Assembly (NCBI GenBank): GCA_040876265.1
Contig: JBBDPN010000002.1
Location: 100,818 to 164,817, forward strand
Length of the DNA: 64,000 nucleotides
Direction of reading: 5' to 3'
From: Candidatus Woykebacteria bacterium
GTDB taxonomy: Bacteria > Patescibacteriota > Microgenomatia > Woykebacterales > RBG-16-39-9b
Shown here: positions 16,007-26,206 of the stretch, in pieces
Layout: each line of letters opens with the position of its first letter
Numbering within the stretch: position 1 is the stretch's first letter
The notes under the pieces: generated by a model
The model's database searches: none
What the model saw: only the letters and a program-made list of their open reading frames with translations
Told to the model about the DNA's origin: nothing
Made by a program: the position numbers and the translations under genes

Positions 16007-18712
16007 ATGAACTCAGAGGATGCTGCCTTGAAAGAAACCGATCATCTATATTCCCTAACAAAAGAAGGCTTATTCGAAAGATTTGAAACGAGTGGTGATG
16101 GTCTTTCTGACCAAGAGGTCTCTCGCCGCCTGGAACAATATGGCCAAAATAAGCTTTCGGAAAAGAAACGTATTTCCCCGTTGGAAATTTTTGCCGGGCA
16201 ATTCAAAAATTTTCTGATAATTATTCTACTTGTGGCTGCAGCGCTGACTTTTCTTGTTTTCTTTTTCGGCGATCAAGAGCGTTCAGACCTCATCGAGGGC
16301 TCTTTAATACTTGCAATCATTCTAATGATTGCTGTTCTAGGATTCATCCAAGAATATCGGGCTGAAAAAGCTATTGATGCTTTAAAAAAACTTTTGGCGT
16401 TTAAAGCCCAGGTGTGGCGTGGTGGAAAGGAGATGGAGATTGATACCGTAGGTCTAGTACCAGGAGATCTTGTGGTTCTTGAGGAGGGAGGGAAAATTCC
16501 AGCCGACATTCGACTGGTAGAAGTGGCTAGTTTGCAAACCAATGAAGCATCTTTGACTGGTGAATCCGCTCCGATCACGAAACAGATAGATACTTTATCC
16601 GGAGACCTTCAGATTGCTGACCAAAAAAATATGGTTTTCTCAGGAACTGCCATTACGAGTGGTCGTGGCCTGGGAGTGGTCGTGGCCACAGGCGATCGAA
16701 CCCAAATTGGCAAAATTGCTCAGTCTGTAGCTGAAACAAAGGAGGAACAAACCCCCATCCAAATTCGTTTGGACAAACTAGCAAAAATTTTAGGGCTCAT
16801 CACTCTTGCTGTAAGCATCGTCGTGTTTATTTTTATATTATTTTTTGCGAAGGACCTCGCCCACTTAGACCTAGTAGACAAAATGCTCACCGCTTTTATT
16901 GCCTCAGTTGCCTTGGCCGTGGCCGCCATACCAGAGGGCCTACCGGCAGTGGTGACTATTTCTTTAGCTTTTGGGACCCAGAGAATGCTAAAGAAAAATG
17001 CGCTGGTGAGGAAGCTCGCCAGCATCGAAACTCTCGGTAGTGTCGACGTGATTTGTGCCGATAAAACCGGCACGCTGACTCGAGGTGAAATGACGGTCAG
17101 ACAAATTTATTTTGATGGTAACAGTATTTCGGTTTTGGGGCATGGTTATGACACCAAGGGTGATTTCATTTTTGATGGGAAGAAATCAAATCCAAAGGAA
17201 CTTTCCCCCATCCTTTTAGCTGGTCTCGCCTGCAATAACGCGGCTCTTACCGAAAAGGGAACTATATTAGGCGATCCTACTGAAGCAGCCTTAGTAGTTT
17301 CTGCCGACAAAGCTGGTTTAAGCAAAAAGCCTGAGCGAATCTTTGAAATTCCATTTAGCTCTGAGAGGAAAAAGATGAGTGTTGCTGTAAAAGAAGGTTC
17401 GGGCGTTACAGTTTATGCCAAGGGTGCTCCCGAAGTAATTTTGTCAGCCAGCAAATATTTACTATCGGGAGGTAAAGAAATCCCTCTGACACAAAGCGAA
17501 AAAAGCAAGATTCTCAAAGAAAATTCAGACCTGGCGCACAAAGCTTTACGTGTACTAGGATTTGCTTATAAAAAGGTGGGGTCGCTAGACAAAAAAACAA
17601 TGGAGGAAGAATTGGTATTTCTAGGCCTCCAAGGTATGATGGATCCTCCGCGAGAAAATATCCAGTCTTTGATAAAACAAACGACAGAAAACGGGATTGA
17701 TGTGGTAATGATTACCGGTGATCATTTAGCTACCGCTACTGCTGTCGCTCGCGAAATAGGTATAGAGGGGGCATCAATCACTGGAAGTGATTTCGAGAAG
17801 CTTTCCGATGAAGAGTTTTCCAAAAGAGTCGAGAAAATAAAAATCTACGCTCGGGTGAACCCAGAGCATAAATTTAGGATTGTCGAAACACTTAAGAAGA
17901 ACGGACACTTAGTAGCGATGACCGGTGATGGTGTAAACGACGCGCCAGCACTCAAACGGGCCGACATCGGCGTGGCCATGGGTATTACCGGTACCGATGT
18001 CGCCAAAGAAGCCAGTGATATGGTGCTTCTGGATGATAAATTTGACACGATAGTAGCCGCCATAGAAGAAGGGCGGGGTATTTTCCACAATATTCGCAAA
18101 TTTGTAGATTATCTACTCTCCTGTAACGTGGGTGAAGTATTTGTCGTCTTTCTAGCTTTAATAATTTTTCAAGATGTCATCCTTACAGCTGTAATGCTTC
18201 TTTGGATCAATATTGTTACCGACGGAATCCCAGCGGTAGCTTTGGGTCTAGATCCTGCTGAAAAAGGGATTTTGAAATACTCTCCGAAAAAATTTCAAGA
18301 GCAAATAATAAATAGGAGGGTTTGGTTGGAAATAATTTTCTTTTCTATTACGTTAACCATAACCACCCTAGTTTTGTTTAGTATTAACCTTGGCGAAAGT
18401 TTGGAAGAAGCCAGAGCCGCAGCTTTTATAGCGATAGTAATTTTTGAACTTGTCCGGCTGATAAATATACGAAGTGACTACAAAATCCCTTGGACCCAAA
18501 ATCTGTTTTTACCGATCTCAATAGTCATAGCAGTTTTACTCCAGCTCACCATAGTTTATGTACCTCTTTTCTCAAGTTGGTTTGAACTCACTCCAATAGA
18601 TACTTTTGATTGGATTTATATCGTAGTTGTTGGGGTTGTCCTTTATTTTGCTTTTAGGATCTTCGACGGTTTCCTAGATAGAAATTTAGAAACTTCGGTG
18701 GAAAGATTATAA
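16007..18712 (+). CDS. P-type ATPase, type IIA (Ca2+-transporting, SERCA/PMCA-like)
   Basis: DKTGTLT phosphorylation site, TGDGVNDAPALKRADIGVAMG hinge, TGES actuator motif, 10 TM helices. Confidence 0.9.
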   Translation: MNSEDAALKETDHLYSLTKEGLFERFETSGDGLSDQEVSRRLEQYGQNKLSEKKRISPLEIFAGQFKNFLIIILLVAAALTFLVFFFGDQERSDLIEGSLILAIILMIAVLGFIQEYRAEKAIDALKKLLAFKAQVWRGGKEMEIDTVGLVPGDLVVLEEGGKIPADIRLVEVASLQTNEASLTGESAPITKQIDTLSGDLQIADQKNMVFSGTAITSGRGLGVVVATGDRTQIGKIAQSVAETKEEQTPIQIRLDKLAKILGLITLAVSIVVFIFILFFAKDLAHLDLVDKMLTAFIASVALAVAAIPEGLPAVVTISLAFGTQRMLKKNALVRKLASIETLGSVDVICADKTGTLTRGEMTVRQIYFDGNSISVLGHGYDTKGDFIFDGKKSNPKELSPILLAGLACNNAALTEKGTILGDPTEAALVVSADKAGLSKKPERIFEIPFSSERKKMSVAVKEGSGVTVYAKGAPEVILSASKYLLSGGKEIPLTQSEKSKILKENSDLAHKALRVLGFAYKKVGSLDKKTMEEELVFLGLQGMMDPPRENIQSLIKQTTENGIDVVMITGDHLATATAVAREIGIEGASITGSDFEKLSDEEFSKRVEKIKIYARVNPEHKFRIVETLKKNGHLVAMTGDGVNDAPALKRADIGVAMGITGTDVAKEASDMVLLDDKFDTIVAAIEEGRGIFHNIRKFVDYLLSCNVGEVFVVFLALIIFQDVILTAVMLLWINIVTDGIPAVALGLDPAEKGILKYSPKKFQEQIINRRVWLEIIFFSITLTITTLVLFSINLGESLEEARAAAFIAIVIFELVRLINIRSDYKIPWTQNLFLPISIVIAVLLQLTIVYVPLFSSWFELTPIDTFDWIYIVVVGVVLYFAFRIFDGFLDRNLETSVERL

Positions 18713-18752
18713 CTCCTCTTACCCGCTAGCTTCTTTTGTGATATAAATATTA

Positions 18753-19679
18753 GTGAGGGTGTTAAAATTACTGCCTAAGATAGTTCCAATCCTATATCTT
18801 TTTCTTTCCTGGCCTGTTTCTTTTGTATCCGCCCATGAAGGAGAGGAGGAGACGGCCACCACCACTATAACCACCTTGGAAGATACCCTGCGGACTAACA
18901 CCGTAAAGGTGGTGGTCGTAGCCGGAGTTATAATTCTTGGGTTTGTTACTATCACTATTTTACTCAAAAGTCTTGGCGAGGGCGTAAAAAAGCTACTTTT
19001 CGCCGGAATCGTAATTCCGACGTTAATCGCCACCATCTACATGGTTGGCTCAACCCTTTACTTAAACTTTACGTCCGAGAGCGGTGGCCCGGTCCACTGG
19101 CACGCTGATCTGGAGATCTGGGATTGTGGGCAGAAATTGGATCTAGAAGACCCCCAAGGTTTTTCAAACAAGGTAGGCACGGCTACTTTTCATGAACACA
19201 ATGACGATCGTATCCACGTCGAAGGGGTGGTAACCAGAAAAGAAGAAGCTGCTTTAGGCGGATTTTTTGGGTTCATTGGCGGTTCTTTAACCGACGATAG
19301 TTACCGGATTCCTACAAATGAAGGTCTTATCGTTCGCCACAATGGCGATACGTGTCCTGACGGCAGTGAAGGAACCCTCCAAGTTTTTGTGTATAAGACG
19401 CATAATGATTCTTTTTCCCAGGAAAAACTCTCTGAGGGAGCAAGCTATATTTTGAGCCCAGAAGGTAATGTCCCACCCGGAGACTGCATAATAATCGAAT
19501 TCGGGCAAGAAAAAGAAAAAACAGAGAAACTCTGCAATTTCTATAAGTTAAAGCTGCAGACTGGCGAGATAAAGGAAGCACCAGGTACCTTGCCACCTGA
19601 AACAAACTTCGAACCAGATGTAGACGAGGGAACCTCTACACAGCTAAATCATCAAGACGAGGAGGAACATGGGGATTGA
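18753..19679 (+). CDS. membrane-anchored exported protein with conserved Cys/His residues, hypothetical
   Basis: signal peptide, second TM, then soluble domain with HWHADLEIWDCG, CPDGSEG, PPGDCIIIEFG; acidic C-terminus. Confidence 0.4.
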   Translation: MRVLKLLPKIVPILYLFLSWPVSFVSAHEGEEETATTTITTLEDTLRTNTVKVVVVAGVIILGFVTITILLKSLGEGVKKLLFAGIVIPTLIATIYMVGSTLYLNFTSESGGPVHWHADLEIWDCGQKLDLEDPQGFSNKVGTATFHEHNDDRIHVEGVVTRKEEAALGGFFGFIGGSLTDDSYRIPTNEGLIVRHNGDTCPDGSEGTLQVFVYKTHNDSFSQEKLSEGASYILSPEGNVPPGDCIIIEFGQEKEKTEKLCNFYKLKLQTGEIKEAPGTLPPETNFEPDVDEGTSTQLNHQDEEEHGD

Positions 19680-20379
19680 GGCGCATCTACCAACCCTTGG
19701 TGTTGTAGTCGGCAGTGCCGCCATAGACAGCATTAACCCTTGCGCTATCGGTGTATTAATACTGATGATATCGGTGATTCTCTCCGGAAAAGGAAGCGTC
19801 GGTAGAATGCTTTTCTTGGGAGGATTGTATGTTTTCGCGGTGTTCATCACCTACCTGATAGCAGGTTTAGGCCTCATCTACTTTTTATCTTCGATTCCAC
19901 TTTTTGTTACAGAATACATTTCTCTTTTTGTAGGTTCTTTTATAATTCTCGCTGGGCTAATAGAGGTCAAAGACTTCTTCTGGTACGGTCGTGGCTTTTC
20001 TTTGGGAATCCCGGTTTACTTTGCCGATAAGATTCACAAATTCGCGAAAAATACCACTATTCCAGGTGTTTTACTACTCGGGGCCTTCGTCTCCGGTGTT
20101 GAGCTACCTTGTACAGGGGCTCCCTACTTGGCAATTATTACAATACTATCTCTAAACTTCGATGCCGTCGCTTTCCTAATGCTGGTTTTGTACAATATTG
20201 TTTTTGTAGCACCATTGCTATTCATCTTGATCCTGGTGGCGTTCGGGGTTAAACTGCAACACGTAAAGCGCTGGAAGCAGGACTCCCGCGGCTACATGAG
20301 ACTATTCATCGGCTTGCTTTTAATTGGCCTAGGCTGGTTATTAATTTTGATCGCTAATGGCACCGTAAATTTTGGATAG
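19669..20379 (+). CDS. DsbD/CcdA-like thiol-disulfide transporter transmembrane protein (DsbD_2 family)
   Basis: 6 TM helices with INPCAIG and ELPCTGAPY Cys motifs in TM1/TM4; overlaps upstream gene by 11 nt. Confidence 0.45.
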   Translation: MGIEAHLPTLGVVVGSAAIDSINPCAIGVLILMISVILSGKGSVGRMLFLGGLYVFAVFITYLIAGLGLIYFLSSIPLFVTEYISLFVGSFIILAGLIEVKDFFWYGRGFSLGIPVYFADKIHKFAKNTTIPGVLLLGAFVSGVELPCTGAPYLAIITILSLNFDAVAFLMLVLYNIVFVAPLLFILILVAFGVKLQHVKRWKQDSRGYMRLFIGLLLIGLGWLLILIANGTVNFG

Positions 20380-20653
20380 TAACATGACTCTAATTGTCAA
20401 ACGTAAAGGACATAAAGAAAATTTTGACTCAAGAAAAGTGTACGCGAGTGTATACGCTGCATGTTTAAACGTGCATATGCACGAAGGCGAGGCAGAACTT
20501 ATTGCCGACAAGGTAAGTAAAGAGGTGGGGGAACAATTAAAAAGTAAGGTGGAAATCAGCTCAAATCAAATCTTGCAGTCGACCGCAGAAACATTACGTA
20601 AATACAATTCTGACGCTGCTTTTATGTACGAGACCCACCGTGATGTTTCCTAA
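20372..20653 (+). CDS. ATP-cone domain protein
   Basis: LIVKRKGHKENFDSRKVYASVYAA pattern of ATP-cone (NrdR/NrdA N-terminal regulatory) domain; 93 aa. Confidence 0.5.
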   Translation: MDSNMTLIVKRKGHKENFDSRKVYASVYAACLNVHMHEGEAELIADKVSKEVGEQLKSKVEISSNQILQSTAETLRKYNSDAAFMYETHRDVS

Positions 20654-20739
20654 TGTTTCACGCGTCAAGCGTCATGTATCATGTTTTTGGTTAATTAACA
20701 CCCCTACTTGATTCTTGACGCCTGATACTTGAGACCGAT

Positions 20740-21225
20740 CTACGTGTGACGATCAGCAACTTTTGTCGCTCCAAAAGACTCTGGCTTTATTTTGAAGGTA
20801 AATCCGCTACCAAGCACCATTCCAGTTACCCAGCGGATCATATCTCGGGTGAGACCACCCTCACCCACGTCAAGATGAACCTCTGGCTCATATTGGGACA
20901 GTCCATTATGACGAAAGGTATCTCTGAGTTGCCAAGCGAGCTCAATGGAAAATTGGGTTTCTTTGCTTATTCGGTCGGCTAAAGCAACCACGTTCTTAAC
21001 CTTTTTTCGGTTCCAAAAATAAAGTCCGCCTTTACCAATACGGTGGATGATAATCGCCGTAACAAATTCGGTAACGCCGTTTCTTTTTTCAGAATCTGTA
21101 CCAACAATAATTTTGTAGCGGAAATTAGTATCCGCTTTTATATAATCGCCTATTTTTCCTATTACCCCAGAGTAACCAAGTTCACCCCAGGTTGGTGATA
21201 TATACTTCTCTTCCATAGTCCACAA
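20740..21225 (-). CDS. DUF458/YkuK-like RNase H-fold protein
   Basis: IVGTDSEKRNG...VTAIIIHRIGKGGLYFW resembles YkuK family core (xVGSDSQ...GGFFF). Confidence 0.4.
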   Translation of the reverse strand: MWTMEEKYISPTWGELGYSGVIGKIGDYIKADTNFRYKIIVGTDSEKRNGVTEFVTAIIIHRIGKGGLYFWNRKKVKNVVALADRISKETQFSIELAWQLRDTFRHNGLSQYEPEVHLDVGEGGLTRDMIRWVTGMVLGSGFTFKIKPESFGATKVADRHT

Positions 21226-21242
21226 TTGTATCTAAACAAGGC

Positions 21243-21725
21243 TCAAAATGCAATTTCCACAGATCTCTTCAAAATCTCCACGATACTTCCCCAGAAAACT
21301 CCTGTCCAAATTATTGCGCTCACTAGTGAGGCAGCTACTAACAAAATTTCCGATCTACCTTCGGAATAGCGGAGCAGACGCAAAAAAATTGCGTAGGTGA
21401 AAACACCCAAAATAATGCTTGAAAAAAATAATGCGACTGGTCCTTGGCGTTCGATGTTTTTATGGGCCCAACTCGGTAACTTTCTCAGCAGTCTTTCCAC
21501 AAAAGTTTTCCCAGAGGTGAGCTCAAGCAATCGGAAGAAAATTAAAGAAGTTACGCCAGTTAAAACCCCCATTCCCAGTATAGCCAGTACAATCCCCCCA
21601 TAGAAAACAAGCAGAGGGGCTAATATTCTGAAGAGATTCACTGGCAACGGACCAGCAATTGGTCCGGGCCAAATAAAGGCGATGATTGTTTGGCGAAGTT
21701 TTTCAGTCATTTTCTCTGAGCGCAA
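21243..21725 (-). CDS. hypothetical integral membrane protein
   Basis: 4 predicted TM helices; no family recognised. Confidence 0.4.
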   Translation of the reverse strand: MRSEKMTEKLRQTIIAFIWPGPIAGPLPVNLFRILAPLLVFYGGIVLAILGMGVLTGVTSLIFFRLLELTSGKTFVERLLRKLPSWAHKNIERQGPVALFFSSIILGVFTYAIFLRLLRYSEGRSEILLVAASLVSAIIWTGVFWGSIVEILKRSVEIAF

Positions 21726-21848
21726 GGAGTTGATTCAATTTGTGAGCCTTCAACAGCACAAGCGAGTATAAGAATGGGTTTAGTGTTTCTAACTTTTTTT
21801 CGGGCGGATTTGAAGGCGAACAAAGTGTTAATCAACGACTAAAGCGCT

Positions 21849-22919
21849 TTATTCCAGATAGTCTTTTAGTTTCTTGCTTCGAGTAGGGTGCCGTAGCTTC
21901 CTCAATGCCTTTGCTTCTATCTGTCTAATCCGTTCCCTGGTTACGCCAAATTCCTTGCCGACTTCTTCCAACGTCCTTTGGCGACCGTCCTCAAGACCAA
22001 AACGTAGCCGCAGCACTTTTTTTTCTCGGTCATTTAAAGTATCTAAAACTTCAGCTAAGTGAGATTTGAGCAATTCGGCGCTGGCCTGATCTTCTGGTCT
22101 AATTTCCTCATCTGGAATGAAATCGCCAAGAGTGGAATCTTTTTCCTCGCCCACCGGCGCTTCAAGACTGGTCGGTTCTTGCGAAACCTTAATGATTTCG
22201 CGCACTTTTTCGGGATCTATATCCATTTCTTTAGCGACTTCCTCTGGAGTTGGTTCACGGCCAAGCTCTTGCATAAGCTTCCTACTTGTCCGAATGAAAC
22301 GATTTATCGTTTCTACCATGTGAACAGGAATTCGAATCGTTCTTGCTTGATCTGCAATTGCCCGAGTAATCGCTTGTCGTATCCACCAAGTAGCGTAAGT
22401 AGAAAATTTAAAGCCTTTTCGCCAATCAAATTTCTCTACCGCCCGCATAAGTCCAATATTTCCTTCCTCAATCAAATCCAGCAAAGTAAGACCACGACCT
22501 ACGTATTTTTTGGCGATTGAGACCACTAAACGAAGGTTTGAGTTTATTAAAACTTCTTTTGACTTTGGGTCTCCTTTTTCTACGCCTTTTGCAAGAGTAA
22601 TCTCCTCATCAGCGGTTAAAAGATTTATCCGACCGATTTCTTTTAGATACATACGAACCGGATCAGTTATTTGTCCACCTGCCAGGGCGGTCAAAACCTC
22701 GATCTCTTTATCGATATCGCCGCCCTTCATTTCTTCTTCGGCCCCTACCTCTAGCACATCTACCCCTTCCTCGCCCAAGCGTGTGTATAGCTGATCAATC
22801 TCCTCAACATGTTTCTCAGCTTCCGGATAAACCGCCAATATATCGTCTTGGGTTACAAAACCCACTTCTTTCCCTCTTTTAATTAGGTCGCTTACACTTG
22901 TCACTACCTTTGTTGCCAT
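21849..22919 (-). CDS. rpoD: RNA polymerase sigma-70 factor RpoD
   Basis: regions 1.2-4.2 incl. [46 protein letters not shown]. Confidence 0.95.
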   Translation of the reverse strand: MATKVVTSVSDLIKRGKEVGFVTQDDILAVYPEAEKHVEEIDQLYTRLGEEGVDVLEVGAEEEMKGGDIDKEIEVLTALAGGQITDPVRMYLKEIGRINLLTADEEITLAKGVEKGDPKSKEVLINSNLRLVVSIAKKYVGRGLTLLDLIEEGNIGLMRAVEKFDWRKGFKFSTYATWWIRQAITRAIADQARTIRIPVHMVETINRFIRTSRKLMQELGREPTPEEVAKEMDIDPEKVREIIKVSQEPTSLEAPVGEEKDSTLGDFIPDEEIRPEDQASAELLKSHLAEVLDTLNDREKKVLRLRFGLEDGRQRTLEEVGKEFGVTRERIRQIEAKALRKLRHPTRSKKLKDYLE

Positions 22920-22940
22920 AGAAAAACGCGAAAATATTTG

Positions 22941-24698
22941 TTAGTTTGTTTCTAAACTGCTGAGGGCTTTGGACAAATCCCTAAATTGTTTACTAAGATT
23001 AATCACCTTAACTTGATTTTTTACACCTTCGGCTTGCCTGATTGCCAAAGAAAGCTCTTTTAGCTTAGTTCGTAAGTTTAACTCTTTTAGTCTTGAGCTG
23101 CAATAACGTATCTCCTTATTAATCTTTTCCTCATCTTCCAGGATCTCTGCTCTTATATCCAGGAGCAATAGTTCGTCAAAAATCGGCAAAAGCGCTTCAG
23201 GGATATTTTTTGCCAAGGATTTTATCTTTATACGTCTTTCCGCGCTGTTAAACTTGTCTATTATTCTAAACAGCTCCTTTATCTCCCGGTCGCTAAAAAT
23301 TTTTTCATCCAGTATATCTGGTAGTTGACCGGCCTGCAAAATACAGGCTAACAAATATTTCTCTACCAATACTTGGCCTTTTGCACTCAGAGGTTTTTCT
23401 AGGATTTCTTTAATTTGCTCGCTTGTTTGCCCACCTTCGTATTTTTTTATCGCTTCCCTAAGTACTGACTCTTCTAGCCCGAGCTTTGAGGCCAACATCT
23501 GTAGATAATGAGATTTGAGAATTTCATCGCTAATTGTAGATAGGTTAGGTAAAACTTGGGCAGCCACTTTTCTTTTAGCCTCTGCATCAGAAACTCCAAA
23601 CCTATCAATGGCCGAATTTATAAAATAGTCAAAGACCGGCACGGCGGCGCGTATGGCGCCCTTCCAGGCGAGGGGGTCTTTTCTGATGATCTCATCAGGA
23701 TCTTTACCGCTCACCATTTTCACTACACGTATATTCAAACCAGCTGCTTCTGCTATTTCTATACCTCTCTTGGCAGCAACGTCCCCGGCTAGATCTTTAT
23801 CAAAAGCAAAAAAAACCTGCTCGGCCCATCTTTTAACGAGTTCTATCTGAAGTTGAGTAAGTGCTGTCCCCAAAGGCGCGACTACGTTGCTTACGCCGAT
23901 CTGGTGGGAAGAAATAACGTCTAGATTTCCTTCCACTAGCACAGCTGTTCCCTCCTTCTTTATGCTATTTTTGGCCAGATGAATACCGTATAAAGACTTG
24001 CTCTTATTAAAAATTGGTGTGTCTGGGCTATTTAAATATTTCGGTTCTACGCTACCTAGCGCTCGACCAGAAAAAGCAATCACTTTACCCTGAGCGTCGA
24101 AAATAGGAAACATTATTCTACCTCTAAAGCGGTCTCTTGGCTTGTTCTGGCCCACCATAGCTAATCCCGAGATAATTACCGCCTGGGCCGAAAAACCTTT
24201 TTTTGCAAGATAATCCAAGAGTATGCTTTCTCTATCGGGTGCCACTCCAAGAGAAAAATCACGGATAGCTGCTTGTTTTATACCTCGCGCTTTCAAGTAT
24301 TCGAGCGCCTTTTTGCCTGTTGGGTGGTTGATGAGTAGGTGGTGATAAAGATTGGTTGCCGCCTCATGAGCTTTTAACAACACTTCTTTCTGCTGTTCAG
24401 CCCTTGTAGGCTTGTAATCCTGCAATTGCACGCCAGCTCTGACCGCCAGTGCCTTCATTGCCTCACCAAACTCGACGCCCTCCATCCTTTTGTAAAAGGC
24501 AAAGACATCGCCGCCCTCACTACAACCAAAACATTTGAATATTTGTCGGTCCGGACTGACCATAAAAGAAGGGGTTTTTTCATTGTGAAATGGGCAAAGT
24601 GCTTTGTAGTTTCGACCAGCTTTTTTTAGAGGCGTATATTCGTTAATCAGCCCAACAATATCAATTCTTTTCTTTACTTCATCCACCTGACTGTCCAT
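22941..24698 (-). CDS. dnaG: DNA primase DnaG
   Basis: zinc-binding CPFHNEKTPSFMV...CFGCSEGGDVFAF, TOPRIM domain; upstream of rpoD (MMS operon). Confidence 0.95.
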   Translation of the reverse strand: MDSQVDEVKKRIDIVGLINEYTPLKKAGRNYKALCPFHNEKTPSFMVSPDRQIFKCFGCSEGGDVFAFYKRMEGVEFGEAMKALAVRAGVQLQDYKPTRAEQQKEVLLKAHEAATNLYHHLLINHPTGKKALEYLKARGIKQAAIRDFSLGVAPDRESILLDYLAKKGFSAQAVIISGLAMVGQNKPRDRFRGRIMFPIFDAQGKVIAFSGRALGSVEPKYLNSPDTPIFNKSKSLYGIHLAKNSIKKEGTAVLVEGNLDVISSHQIGVSNVVAPLGTALTQLQIELVKRWAEQVFFAFDKDLAGDVAAKRGIEIAEAAGLNIRVVKMVSGKDPDEIIRKDPLAWKGAIRAAVPVFDYFINSAIDRFGVSDAEAKRKVAAQVLPNLSTISDEILKSHYLQMLASKLGLEESVLREAIKKYEGGQTSEQIKEILEKPLSAKGQVLVEKYLLACILQAGQLPDILDEKIFSDREIKELFRIIDKFNSAERRIKIKSLAKNIPEALLPIFDELLLLDIRAEILEDEEKINKEIRYCSSRLKELNLRTKLKELSLAIRQAEGVKNQVKVINLSKQFRDLSKALSSLETN

Positions 24699-24748
24699 CG
24701 GCTACCTTATACTAGTAGATTAGGTAAAATTTGACAAGATTGTTGAGG

Positions 24749-24985
24749 TTAAGCCAGTCTTTTGTTTCTAAATGCTTGTCCAGAACCAGTTTTTAGGTAA
24801 CGTTCAAATCTTAATGCCTTTAATCTATCGGTAAATTCGCAGTACCAAACAAGTTTTACTGGCCTTAGGTCTTTCGTGGACCCAACCAAACCGTTTTGAT
24901 GTTCATTAAGGCGTTCTTTTAGCTTGGGTGTGGAACCCGTGTAGACAGATTTGTCTTTCAATCGTAGTAGGTAAACGTAATACAT
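24749..24985 (-). CDS. GIY-YIG nuclease family protein (YhbQ/UPF0213-like, 78 aa)
   Basis: MYYVYLLRLKDKSVYTGSTPKLKERLNEHQNG matches GIY-YIG URI core. Confidence 0.75.
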   Translation of the reverse strand: MYYVYLLRLKDKSVYTGSTPKLKERLNEHQNGLVGSTKDLRPVKLVWYCEFTDRLKALRFERYLKTGSGQAFRNKRLA

Positions 24986-25095
24986 AAGTGACCACCCTAC
25001 GTTAAAACTTCTGGTGACACCCTCCGCTAACTTTACTAACCTAATTACCTACTCTATTTAGGTGGCTTGCAGCCACCTGAAGCTTTAGCGAAAGG

Positions 25096-25185
25096 TGGCG
25101 GAGGCGAGAGGATTCGAACCTCTGGTACCGTCACCGGCACACGCGATTTCCAGTCGCGCCCGTTCGACCACTCCGGCACGCCTCC
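25096..25185 (-). tRNA. tRNA-Ser (anticodon GGA), long variable arm, CCA encoded
   Basis: GGAGGCG...anticodon loop CTGGAAA, variable arm GTGCCGGTGACGGTACC, T-arm GAGGTTCGAATCCTC. Confidence 0.85.
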
Positions 25186-25287
25186 AAAACACTAGGGCAC
25201 TTAAGATAGCGCCCAAAGGCACTATCGCAAGACGCAAAGCGGCTTATATGGCCCCTCCAAAGTCAAAAGATTTTACTTCACCTAGGC

Positions 25288-25707
25288 TTATTTTTCAAGA
25301 AGGGTTGTTGCTTTTTCGATCATTTTTTTCTCGCCTGGATAATCAAGTTTTTCAATGGCGTCTTTTGAGTTTAGCCAGGCAAAATCTTCCATTTCCCAGC
25401 CCAGGTCTTTGGCTGGGTCGCCACTTTTGTATTTCATGAGGAAAAAATGGCTGGTTTTGCGGACTTTTTCTTTCTCAGGACTGGTGTAAAAAATCTTAAC
25501 CTCGCCGAGATACTCTTGGATTTCAGCCTCCACCCCAGCTTCTTCTTTTACTTCCCGCGCAGCAGCCTGTTCTTTCGTCTCGCCAGGATCCACCCAACCT
25601 TTTGGCAATACCCATCGATGGTGACCAGAATGCTGAACAACTAGGAATTCGGTTTTGCCTCTAGATTTTCGGAATACAACCCCTCCTGCGCTAGTCTCGG
25701 TCTTCAT
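25288..25707 (-). CDS. NUDIX hydrolase
   Basis: Nudix box LPKGWVDPGETKEQAAAREVKEEAGV. Confidence 0.85.
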   Translation of the reverse strand: MKTETSAGGVVFRKSRGKTEFLVVQHSGHHRWVLPKGWVDPGETKEQAAAREVKEEAGVEAEIQEYLGEVKIFYTSPEKEKVRKTSHFFLMKYKSGDPAKDLGWEMEDFAWLNSKDAIEKLDYPGEKKMIEKATTLLEK

Positions 25708-26126
25708 ATCAAAATTCTTTTTATTACTCGAAGGTCTTTTCTTGTCAAAAAATCTGTTACTTTTTCCTCAATTACTTTTTTTGCTTCTCCTCGGGCATTA
25801 ATAACCTTACCTTTTCCCACATAAAGCGCTACGTGGCCGATACCCTCGGGAAATTCTGGGTTATAATGTCCCCAACCCCCTTTTATAAAAATTAAATCCC
25901 CGGGTTCTAATTTACTTTCTATTGGTTCGATAATCTTTCCTTCCGAAGCTTGGTCAAGAGCTGTTCGAGGTAATTCAACGCCGACTTTTTTATAAAGATA
26001 TTGGATAAAACTTGAGCAATCAAAAACTTTGGGGGCTAGATAGAGTTTAGCGCCATAAACATAGGGTTTTCCCAGGTATTTACGAGCCAACCTAATTATT
26101 TTTCGAACCTTTTCTGTTTTAGTCAC
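25704..26126 (-). CDS. NlpC/P60 family cell-wall peptidase (C40)
   Basis: catalytic Cys in FDCSSFIQYLY and His in GHVALYVG; start assigned to GTG at 26126 (GAGGA RBS upstream) because the ORF-track start at 26156 would overlap tRNA-Arg. Confidence 0.7.
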   Translation of the reverse strand: MTKTEKVRKIIRLARKYLGKPYVYGAKLYLAPKVFDCSSFIQYLYKKVGVELPRTALDQASEGKIIEPIESKLEPGDLIFIKGGWGHYNPEFPEGIGHVALYVGKGKVINARGEAKKVIEEKVTDFLTRKDLRVIKRILI

Positions 26127-26128
26127 TT

Positions 26129-26205
26129 TGGTATCCTCGGCGGGAATCGAACCCACAATCTTCGGCTCCGGAGGCCGACGCTTTGTCCGATTAAGCTACG
26201 AGGAC
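26129..26205 (-). tRNA. tRNA-Arg (anticodon CCG)
   Basis: GTCCTCG..anticodon loop CTCCGGA..T-arm GTGGGTTCGATTCCCGC..CGAGGAT-A-CCA. Confidence 0.8.
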
Positions 26206-26206
26206 T

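Noticed and set aside
16273-18099. Minus-strand ORFs within the P-type ATPase gene (16273-16578, 16720-17073, 17845-18099)
   Set aside because: Antisense shadows of a gene with complete P-type ATPase motifs
18719-19036. Minus-strand 105-aa ORF
   Set aside because: Antisense to the N-terminus of the 18753-19679 exported protein; low-complexity T/V/I-rich composition
25095-25439. ORF-track + strand 114-aa ORF MAEARGFEPLVPSPAHAISSRARS...
   Set aside because: It is the translation of the complement of tRNA-Ser(GGA) (GFEPL reads the T-arm) running into the antisense of the NUDIX gene; not coding
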